A DNA stretch of 64,000 nucleotides, taken from positions 5,954,001 through 6,018,000 of the forward strand of contig OZ076409.1 in the NCBI GenBank assembly GCA_964187785.1, written 5' to 3'. The DNA is from Amphiscolops sp. MND2022. Lineage: Eukaryota. The notes under the pieces were generated by a model. It saw only the letters and a program-made list of their open reading frames with translations. It searched no databases and was not told the origin of the DNA. The position numbers were made by a program, and so were the translations under genes. Shown here piece by piece: positions 48,445 to 58,808 of this stretch. The number at the start of each line of letters is the position of its first letter. Within the stretch, counting starts at the first letter, position 1.

Positions 48445-49196
48445 CTCCCCCTGGTAGTAATAGGAAAGTGCCCACCTGCATTCCTTCCATAAAAGATCTT
48501 TTGCGCGCTTCTAGTTGATCTGCCGATTCTCCCAAAATGGCTGTCTTGCGCAAATAATCTGTGACTGCTTCACTCTAGATTTGTAATGTCGATTTCCCAC
48601 ATATCACACAGTCTGAGTAATTTGCCATTGGATTGTTCGTCTCAATACCCATTCCTTGAAAATGGTTTGTAATCGAGTCCAAGGACTGTTGGGAAGTTCC
48701 GGATTGACCGTCCGCCGAGTAAAAATCTTGAATTGGTCCCTGCTCTTCAGGTGGGGGCGACATCGGAGTATCCACCATAGGAATGATTTCCCTGCACAGC
48801 TTGATAGGGTGATTATTGTGCACTCGATCGTCTCGCCTTATTGGGCCATTTCCTCTCCCCAATGAGAAAAAGGATTGGTCAAGAGTAGGCCTCACTGTAA
48901 AGCTCGTCCCGGAGGTCCCGTACCTTGGTAAGTTGTAGTGGGGGGCTTCATTTCTAATTTTCAGCGCTGAGGGAGGACCAGGTATTGGGATGGGCGATGA
49001 CAATTGCATCTCGACACATTGGGCCATCATCATGATTTCGTCATCTATTTCCTCGTCTTCCGATGACAATTGAAGATCTAGCACTGAAGTCATGCTCAGG
49101 TCACACATTTCTTCCTCTTCGTCACTAGATAGGCAGATTATGTCTACACCTGCGGCCGCTGCGCCTTGAAAGTCTTCAGGGTATCGGGCGGCCATG
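48359..49196 (-). pseudogene. Accessory ORF3 (SIM-like acidic motifs, CxxC) running across the PPT into the 3' LTR; one in-frame stop at 48575
   Basis: MAARYPEDF..VDIICLSSDEEE..VLDLQLSSEDEE..CVICGK..RKRSFMEG; homologous to ORF 63695-63973. Confidence 0.7.
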
Positions 49197-49841
49197 AATT
49201 TTGCTTTTATGATTTTTTTAAGCAATTTTTAAAAGGAATTGGATAGAGCTTTAGGAATTTTCAAACTTTGCTAGTCGACCGTTTTTTGAAAGCTTCAGAA
49301 GAGAGAATGATGACTTTCCCTTACTGAGTTCGTCTGAAATATTTTCAAGTCTCGTGATTCCTTCCCGGGGTTTTGTCTTTCCCGGCAATCGTTTCACTGA
49401 TAAATTCTCTTAAACAGTCTTTGATGATTCTAATAAACCGCCTTGTTTACATCATCACTTCAGTCGTTTGTCTGATGCGGCAAAGAGCCATCAATGACAT
49501 CATTGAGTGTTTATCTGCTCTTGATATCCACTTGAGAATTTCAAGAGTGGGTAATCAAGTTCTAAGGCCACGCGCGGCGCGTCACCGCGATAGCCAATAG
49601 GAATCGCCTTCAGAGTCTGCATTTCAAAATGGCCGAATTAATAATAATCCAAATAAGGAAATAAATGAGATAAAATAATAAATGTATAGAATAATAAATC
49701 CATGGTGATACAAAAGTTTTGAAAAATATTTTTGTGGATTTCTCTGACAGATTCCATCCACAGAATAATCCTCATAATTGTAAAATTATTTGACATCAAA
49801 TCCAGTTTGCCACGAACTCCAACTTTGTTCTTGCAGATTTA

Positions 49842-52800
49842 ATGGACAGCTCTGGCGTTGCCGTCTTCCCACCAGTAGCGCCAAATGTTATTCTTGACCC
49901 CAATGTTTCCTGAATTTGAAGGGGAATTTCATGCAGATTCGGGACACAGTGACTCTGAACAAGAACAATATCGCTCTAAAGTGGACGGAGCCGACAGACA
50001 ACTCTCAGCCAAGGGTAAATTAATCATAAAGAAATACTTTCAGGAAACTCGTCCCATTGAGTTACCTAGGGACCACCCTGTCATTGCCCTCACTGCAGAT
50101 GAGATGCATGCCGTCCTAAGGACTGTCTCTGACGAATCTGTACTCTCGTCGTATCTTATGATGAAGTCCTTATTGCTTCATGCTACCCGAGGCGTTCCTC
50201 AAGACAAGAAAAGGTCCTTGCCTAAACGGTGCGCAACACCCGCTCGGCCAGACGTTTACAGTTCAGGAGATGAAAGTAGCTTTGGGGGACACTCGTCAGA
50301 TGGGAATACCAGTGGGGTCTTCAATACTGATGAGAATCCTTATCAATTAGGATCCATCTCTGGCACCTATTACCTGAGTGAAGCTGACCCTTTAACACTC
50401 ACCCCTAAGACCCGTACAGGCGGGGTAGCATGTACGTCCCAAGCAGAGACTGTGACTCCAACTTCTGGGAGCGGGTACAGTAGCACTGATTATCAGCCGC
50501 TCTCAACGCTTGGCCGACTGCCCGAACAGAAAACCCAGGTCAGAAGCCCACCCCGGAAAAGGCGCAGATTACTTAGTAAGCCCGGAAAGGTGATGAAAGA
50601 CGCCTATTTCAAAGGCATCCAATGGACTCGAACTTTTGTGTCCGGCCCCGTTGACCATGTCCACAATAAGTTCAAGTTTTACTGCTGATATGTAAAACCA
50701 ATGTTTCCATCTTCTCCAAGGGCGCCAGGGAGATTCTCAGACAGTATAAAACTGAAGGACATCTCCGAAAAGATCAAAAATGGAGATACATCCACCTGCA
50801 AGAAACCGATGAGATTACTGGAGTCACTACCCACCAAGTCAGAGGCAAAGACGCTTATGTCCTTACTCCCATTGAGCTAGAGCGTGAAAAGCCTCTATTC
50901 TTGGATATTCCCCTGGTCGAAACAGGTGATCGTTTTCCATTCTACGACGATTACATGGCCAGTATTGGAGGATTTACCAACCCCGATGATCTTCGTACCG
51001 GTACCCTCATCTCGTTGATTGGGACTTTTGTGCCAAGGGATGGTAACATCTCGCTCCTAAAAAGTTTGTGGACTCGCGTGGGGGTGTTTACTAATCACCA
51101 AGCCCTGTTCTCTTCATTCGATTGGGGATAAGCTACTCTTACAGTAAGTAGTGATTTTGTTTGCAATATTGCTGGTAAGACCCAAAATGGCCTTTGGTTA
51201 CAACGTCCCTTTACAACTTGGTGTTTTGTTTTAGAATATCTTCCACCACGTTTTTATGAGGGGACTTGCTGATATCTCTACACACATCATGGCCACTGAG
51301 ATGTACTCCATTGAGTTCACTACAGAGGGTATCTACCGCTGCATGTCTGTTCGTTTCTGGAGGGATGATTCACTCGTTCGGGTTGAACTGCATCGGCACC
51401 AACAAGCTGAGTCCTATCCAGGCTGTTATTTAACAGCTATCTCGTGCCTGCTGTCATTTGTATCTTCAAAGCCCAACCTTGTTAGCATCTCCGGGTGCTT
51501 TTCCATGATCTTTAAAACTTTGGAAACCTGCGGACTGTTCAGCCATGGGATCCAATATCCATTTCGCTTCGAGGTCTTCTCTCTTCCTGAGTTGATGCAT
51601 CCTGAGGCATTGCAGACTGGTTACATCTTCGGCCGAATTGACATCTTCTCGCAGCTGAAGTTCTTAGTTGTCTTCCTGCGAGGCGGACTCAGTCAGCCTT
51701 GGGCCCTAAAGAGTCTTGAACTTTGCAAGGTTAATCACTTTCTTGATCATAGTTTTTTCATTATACATAGTCATGATGTTCCGATGTCGACAAGCCTTTC
51801 TGGTCAGTTTCATAATGGCAAATAGGAACTCTTTTCATTTGATCGCTTTCCATAGGCCATAACAGCATGTGATGTGTTTAATTGAAGAAGATCCCCACTA
51901 TATGCACTGAGCTCGGTAAAAACTGGAAGCCCATCAAAGACTACCTTACCAGTAAGGCCCCTACTCAAAAGATGCAAGGAGTCAAGAATAAGGTAATTAT
52001 CTGTCGCTTTTCTTCTAGTCTATGTCTCTTGCACTGATTCGTTGTGTTTTTGGGTGTTGTGATACTCATGAGCCGATTTCTTTTTCAGCCTCAAAGCCTG
52101 GAATGGGAGATTATCCTAGACGACTTCTTCACCATCAAACTTGAATTTCTCTCATTGCTGGTGCGCGATTGTTAGTCATTTTCTTTGTATTTGTTTGAAG
52201 TAACGGGGTAGAAGCCCTACTAAACCACGTGCCGGTCACGGCTTTAGCCATAACTATGTTTGTAGCAGCTTAAGGTATTTGGTAGGTTCTGGTAATTTGC
52301 ACCTAAACCTGGATTTGTTTAGATACCAAGTGTTTTGAGCGCAGTCTGTCCGGGCGACGGGATGCAACACTCTTCATTTACGGCCAATATTGTAGTTTTG
52401 TCCGTCGGTTGTGTCACCGTGCCGTGCCGTCTTGCCTAAATGCATTCCGAGCGATACAGACTGGACTGGCCTCTTGCAATTGTGCCTTGACGATCTGAGG
52501 TTAATGTCATGTCGCGATTTCCTGAATCAACTCAAGTTAACGTGTGACCTCGATCAGGCTTACCAAGCAAAATTGGAGAGATCTCGCGGGGAGAGCCCTG
52601 CACCAGCTAATCAGGATGAGCTGGTCACCAAGGAAAGAGAGACCTTTGGGACAGAAGCCCGGACGTATATAGTCTCTCTTCTAGGGTCTTTGCTTCGAGA
52701 TATCCACTTCTCTGCAAATATTGTGCACGGCATGGGCAGTTTCGATCCTCATGTGTTGTTGACATTACCTCTTGAACAGGCATCTTTCTGTTTCAACGCT

Positions 52801-53427
52801 TTGTACGACAGTTTTCGACTCCGCGGTTGGGTGGACGAGTCTTCCCGAAGTGACTGCCGTGATGAGTACTTCGAGTTCGTGGATTATTTCCGTGAAACTT
52901 ATCCTTCCATTACGTTTTCACCTGGGACTGTTGCCGACATATTGGACTTCCTTATCCCAATTCCTGCCTTCCGAAGCCGCACTAGACTGTTCCACTTAAT
53001 CCGGTTGTGCTGCCTTTGCATTATTGAGGAACATCAGGCCCTTCCTGCCATCAAGTTTCAGGATGTCGATACCTCTAGTTCCCGTTGCCGCCTTTCTGCT
53101 GTAGTGCTGCCTGCTCAGTCCTACCTGACGAATTGCCCTGGAGCTGTTGCTGTTTGCACTACTGAGGCCGCCTTGACCAACTATAAAGAATTGGAGGGGC
53201 AGTTTAGTTCTGGACAGACTCTTACTACTGCCTTCAAGAATTTAAAAGGAACTCCTGTGGTTGGCACTAGCACAGCGTCACGATCATCCTCTGTATCGAC
53301 TTCTGCTGGACGCAAGATAAATTGGGCTGCTGGTCAAGCTCAGAAGTTGGCCTATTTCGGCGACATCCCACCTAGTGAGCTTTCAAAGACTGTCCAGAAA
53401 TTACGAGAAGGAAGCTCTAAAGACTAA
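49842..53427 (+). pseudogene. Antisense multi-exon gene inside element 2; BED-like zinc finger and hAT-transposase-like traces
   Basis: ORF blocks 49885-50688, 50901-51131, 51256-51825, 52411-53427; in-frame intron 51144-51234; further donors ~51730 and ~51993, acceptors ~51855 and ~52088; AATAAA ~53560. Confidence 0.75.
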
Positions 53428-53595
53428 ATGTACATTTGTCATTCTAGACTCTTGATTTGTAAATTTCAGTTCTGTTTCTTGTTTTAGTATTTATATAGTT
53501 AGTTTCTTTTAAGTCATGGAAGTCGGAGTAGTCCCAGTAAAAAACATGCCTTCTTGGGCAATAAAATGAGTAGGGACATAATTTAACATTTCTGA

Positions 53596-56500
53596 CTAAT
53601 ATCTGTACTCATCAGTAAAGTTAGGGTTGGGGTTAGGTCGAAGATTATATTTCCCTCCTCTAGGGCTAGATGTTTCATTTTCTTCATTATTTACAATGTC
53701 CGATATTCCGGGCACGGAATTATCCTCTCCCCTGTTAGGAGAATTTCCAGTACTATCGTTGTTTTCATTCAGTGAATCCGTGGGCGTGTCACCAGTATTT
53801 TGGTTATTTCGGCTAGTGGCCGTACTCGGCCTTTTGATTTCGCTGCGTTGTTCATCCTTTGCTGCTTGCTCGTTGACGTCATTTTCGTCATGCAGTATTG
53901 GTGCGTCTCGGCTAGCGGTCGTACGCGGTCTTGTTTCATTCTCAGTAGTGGTGCGTTCATTCACTTCGAAGACGTCATTTGCGTCTCGTGCGAGTATGCC
54001 TCCTCGGCTGGTGGCCGTTCTCGGCCTTACCGCGTCGTCATTAGCATCATCATAAATGACATAATCATCGTTTGAGCCGCTACCATTAGTGTCTGCCTAT
54101 TGTAATTCTTCATTCGGAATGTCGTCCTGTCTCGGCTCGAAGACTTGATTGTCAAAATCAGCTTCCCATGAGATGGTATATAAATCATCTTGCGGAATGA
54201 TTATTTCATCATCAGGTTGCAATTTCTCTTTGGAATATTTGTCCTCTAAAGGCGTGTTAGGAACGAATTTTTTCAGACGAATTCGGTGTAATATCTGCGT
54301 TTTATTTGTATTCAATCGACGAACAATATAATTGTCGTTAGGTAATACTTTTTCAATTCGATAAGGACCAATCCAACGGTAATCCCTGAAGGGTATTTTC
54401 GATCCTTGATTATCTGCTTTAGGCTGCAAGATGAAACAGAAATCTTGTTCATTCAGATGGCCTGCCTTGGCTTTGCGGTCATAATATTCTTTATATTTTA
54501 AGTATGACTGCATAATGTTTTGTTTCGTTTTGTCAATCAGAATTTGTGTTCGTTGTTGTAGTTCTTCCGCGAATTCTGTTGTAGGCAAGAAATCCTTGTT
54601 GGGATTATTCCCAAGTTTGTGATCTAGGACGTTGTATGGAATCCGTCCATGGAAGACCTTGCTTGGCTCACAGCCAATACTAGAATGGTTGGTAGTATTA
54701 TAGTTGAGTACAGCCAGTGGTAAGTATTTATGCCATTGACGGCGGTATTCCCCTGAAGCCATTTTCAAATTTATTTTGAGTGAAGCGTGAGTCCTTTCAA
54801 GTTTGCCAATCGTTTGCGGGTGTTTAGTAGTTGCGCATTTCAGTGTAATTCCGAGGATTTTCGTTATTTCATCAATGATTTTGGATGTAAATGCGGTTCC
54901 TTTATCCGTGATAAGTGTAGTTGGCAAATAAGCGTGTTTGGTCATAATGTCGATCAAGACCTTCGCTGTGATTGAAGCGGTAGCTTCAACTAACGGGTAG
55001 GCGAACAGGTATCTGGAGAAAACGTCTATTGCCGTCATTATCGGTTGGTAGCCACCACTTGTTGGTAGGTTTGGTAACAAGTCAATTTGCATTGCGTCCT
55101 CAGGACCAAGGTCCCATTAAGGCAAGTTAAGTAATTCTGGGGTTATTGAGTTGTTTGGAACTCGTTTGTCTTTTGCACAAATTTCACATCCCTCTACCCA
55201 TTTTTTGACATGTTTAGCTATTCCTGGGTAGTAGTATTTCTGGCGTATTTCTTGTAGCATTTTGGATATGCCCGGATGTTTGTGCGCAGTTCCGTGCAGT
55301 GCCTGTGAGAGCTCTCTCAGTAAATGTTTTGGAAAGAGTATTTGGTGGTATTTGACTTGCCCCGTTTCGTCATAGTACTGTCGCGTGACTATTTCGTCTT
55401 TGAGGACTAGTCGGTCGAAATTGTGAAGGTAGTGTTTGTATCGGATATCCTGCTGAAGTATTTCTTCAGAATAATCTTAGTTCTGAATTTTAGCCTTGAG
55501 TTGGCGCAATATAGGGTCTTTGGATTGTTCAAGAAGAATCTGATTCATTCTGCGCAATTTTTGGGTAAAGTTTGTGATTTCGTCTACTATGTTTTCAGAT
55601 ATTGCGTCAATTTGGATTACGCCTTCGTGGTCGATCAGGTTGTTACGGCTTTGTTTTTTGCGTTCCCAAATCTGGGCTTCCGTCTCTTCATCTTGTTCCG
55701 TGAAGAAAATTTGTTCCTCTTCTGCCACGCCTGCCGATTAGACATTGACCTCAATGGGTTTAGTTTCTATGTCTTCGCGGATTTTTAGGACTAGTTCCTC
55801 TCTGGGGTCCATTTCCATGCGAGATAAGTAGTCGGCTGCTGTGTTGTTTTTCCCTGGGATATGTGCTATGACAAAGTTGAATTGTATTACATAGTCACAT
55901 GCGTTCCAGAGTGTCGGAGGAATTATCTTTGTCTGAAAGAATCTCGTAACCGATTTATTGTCGGTAAGGATGGTGATCGGTTTGGGCGCTCTCCAAAAAG
56001 TATGTCCAAATTCTTTGAATGCGTAATAGATTGCTAAGAATTCTTTGGCATATATTGACATTTTGAGTTGCGATGGCGTAAAGGTTTTTGAGCCATATGC
56101 GATCGGAGCATATGATTTTTTGACGGATGATTATTTTTGGTGTGGGTCGTCCTCTGTGAGTATGGCATAGCCAGCCGCTGTGAAGCTAGCATCAGTCATG
56201 AGGACTAGTTGTTTGTTCGGTAAAGGTTGTTTAAGAGCCAATTGGCTACACTTGTCAAGGTCTCGATTGATTTCATTAAATTGTTGTACTAGCTCTGTGG
56301 TCACTAGGACCTTTTCGTCCTTTTTGAGAAGTTGGAAGAAAAGGGCTAGTTTTTCAGATAGTCTTGGAATGTAGTTCCTGTAATAGTTCAGGAATCCAAG
56401 GTATCGTTGTAGCGCTTTCTTGGATCTTGGGAATTTGGTTTGTTCAAGGAAGTTTGTTATTCTTTCCTTTTGTGATTTGACGCCCTCAGGGGTGATTGTT

Positions 56501-57200
56501 CTCCCTAGAAAGTCAATTTCCGTTGCCCCAAAGTGGCATTTGTGCATTGTTAGCTTGAGGCCTGCATGTCTGATGCATTCAAACGTTGCTCTCAAATTTT
56601 TGATAAGATGATCAGGATCATTGGCAGCTATGCCGATGTCGTCCACACATTGATCGGCTTTGATGACTTTATCGAGGTATTCTCGCAAAAAGCTTGAAAA
56701 GGCTGATAATGCTCTGCTAAGGCCTTGAGCTAGTCTTCTATAAGCAAACGTGCTGCTTGCAAAGTTGAACGCAAGCATCTCAATGGACCTCTGGTCCGCT
56801 ATTGGAAGGCAATGGTACGCCTGTGAACAGTCAAGTTTACAGAATAATTTCTTGCCCGCCATATGCTGTGCGGCGTCCGTTAAGGTGCTAACTGGATGAT
56901 TGTTATTTATATAGTCATCTGAAATATGGTTATTGATTTTCCTTAAATCGACTAAAAGTCTCAGTTTCCCATTCGTCTTTTTCTGTGCAAATATGGGACT
57001 AGCATATTTAGAGAATGGCAATGTAGTTATGATGCCATATTTGTGTAAAAGAGCCAGTTCGACGAGGATGTCCTCTTTTAAAGTGACTGGAGTAGGTAGA
57101 CCTTGGCTATATGCAGGCGAATTGTCCTTAGGAGTTAGTTTTACTGTGAATTCTTCATTCATTCCTATGTCAAATCTGTGTCTGGCAAATATATCGTGAT
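53596..57200 (-). pseudogene. pol: Pol of element 2: RT, RNase H, integrase and repetitive C-terminal tail (disrupted)
   Basis: LRLLVDLRKIN, CVDD (YVDD damaged by deletion), MTDAS, HHCC, IDLL..TDKG..GKLER; tail with RPRT(A/T)xSR repeats ending GGKYNLRPNP. Confidence 0.92.
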
Positions 57201-57206
57201 ATTCGA

Positions 57207-58808
57207 CTAGAAGCGATTCGTTCTTCGTGTAGAAGCGATTTCGTGTTGATGTAGCTTCGAGTCTTTCCAGTCAAAGTTGCTAAGGATTTTACGTCGTGAC
57301 TCCTCATCATTTTGAGGGTTTAGTTGCTCGGCCTCTTGGAGGTTGCGTAGTTCTTGAAGGATCCGTCTCTGGATAGGAGTGTGAGAATCCTCGTCCCCTG
57401 GGTTTTCTGGTGTTGGAAACCAGTACTGTTCGTATTGATCGTTGTTTCGGTTAGCCTTGAGTAGACTACTGACATAGTAGATGACATCTTCTTCATTTTT
57501 GTTGAGAAGATGCCAAGTGGACACCGGGTCTATTGGTTTAACGTGTTTCATCTGTTCCGGCGTTAGTACTGAGAAGTTTGCTATGTGTAGTCCTCTTTCA
57601 ACCTTGTAAGGTTGATCTGAGAAATTAATGATATGGACATTAACGGTTCCATTAGTCAATGTGACTATTGCGGCACAAAATGTGATATCGCCCTCCTCAT
57701 GGAGGAGATCACTGGGTTGTAACACTCTTCTGACCGTGTTTCCATTGTAGATTTGTGATTTGATTTCTACTAGAGTACGGTCATTGGGTGGTATTGTGAC
57801 ATCGTCTGGGTTAAGAATAGGTTCCAAGACGTTAGAGTATTTGTGGTCAGCCGTTTTGGAGAAATAGGGGAAATTAAGGATGCCTTGTCGCATGTCCAGG
57901 ACTGTGTGATTCCTTCGAAGGAACATTGGTCCTATGATGGGGCCAGTCAGTTTTTCCTTTACTATAAAGATTTCATGAAATTCAATATCTCCCACCTCAA
58001 ACTTGAGTTCAACAGTGCTCTTTGGGGTTTCCAATTGTCCATTTGCGACCATAATTTGAAATATTGGAGCAGGACCTTCTTTGACAATGGATTGAGGCGC
58101 CAATAGGCGTATTTTCCTGAGGTCTGCATCCGGAATTGCACTAGATAAGGCTCCAGTGTCTAAGAGGCCGTCTATGGTTAGTTCTCCAAAGTCCATCGGG
58201 AAATATAGCATCCGTTTTTTGTGTTTGAGTCCGAGGTTCGTGGATAAGGGTATGTACGCTGGTTCTCCTTCTTTAGTGATTAGGACATGTAAGAAAGCTG
58301 ATTCGTCCAATAGGCCTGGTTCTCCTTCTTTATTTAGATCCTCTATCTCCTGCTCATTGGTGATTTCAGAGTTAGGTTGCCACAATTGGATGAGTGCCCT
58401 TGTTAGCTTGTTATCTAGGACTTCAGGGTCATCCTCGTCGTCTGTTGGCGGATGATCGTCACATTTGAATTGCAGTTCTCTTTGGTCATAGAGGGAATTG
58501 TCCCAGTATGGATCAACTCCATATTCAGGATCAATGTAGTGGGGGTCATAATCTTCAATTTGTTGAAGTGGTCTGAATCGTGATTCAAAAGCTGTAGTAT
58601 AGTCTATGTCGTAGTATCTGTCTGGGCGGTCGTTGTGGACCATTTTGTACTTTTTAATGTAAGTTTTCTCCATCTGTTGCTGCCAGACAACTGATGGTGT
58701 TCCGTTGATGTCACTCTGTGATTGCTTGTTGGCGATGTTAGCTGGGTCCGATATGACATATTTTCGTATCGACATTTGGTCAGAAATTTGGAGTCGTGGC
58801 GAAATTAG
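57207..58808 (-). CDS. pol: Pol N-terminus: acidic spacer, aspartic protease, dUTPase-like fold
   Basis: LLDTGA, PIIGPMFL; open in the -1 frame from the slippery site. Confidence 0.85.
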   Translation of the reverse strand, partial: LISPRLQISDQMSIRKYVISDPANIANKQSQSDINGTPSVVWQQQMEKTYIKKYKMVHNDRPDRYYDIDYTTAFESRFRPLQQIEDYDPHYIDPEYGVDPYWDNSLYDQRELQFKCDDHPPTDDEDDPEVLDNKLTRALIQLWQPNSEITNEQEIEDLNKEGEPGLLDESAFLHVLITKEGEPAYIPLSTNLGLKHKKRMLYFPMDFGELTIDGLLDTGALSSAIPDADLRKIRLLAPQSIVKEGPAPIFQIMVANGQLETPKSTVELKFEVGDIEFHEIFIVKEKLTGPIIGPMFLRRNHTVLDMRQGILNFPYFSKTADHKYSNVLEPILNPDDVTIPPNDRTLVEIKSQIYNGNTVRRVLQPSDLLHEEGDITFCAAIVTLTNGTVNVHIINFSDQPYKVERGLHIANFSVLTPEQMKHVKPIDPVSTWHLLNKNEEDVIYYVSSLLKANRNNDQYEQYWFPTPENPGDEDSHTPIQRRILQELRNLQEAEQLNPQNDEESRRKILSNFDWKDSKLHQHEIASTRRTNRF

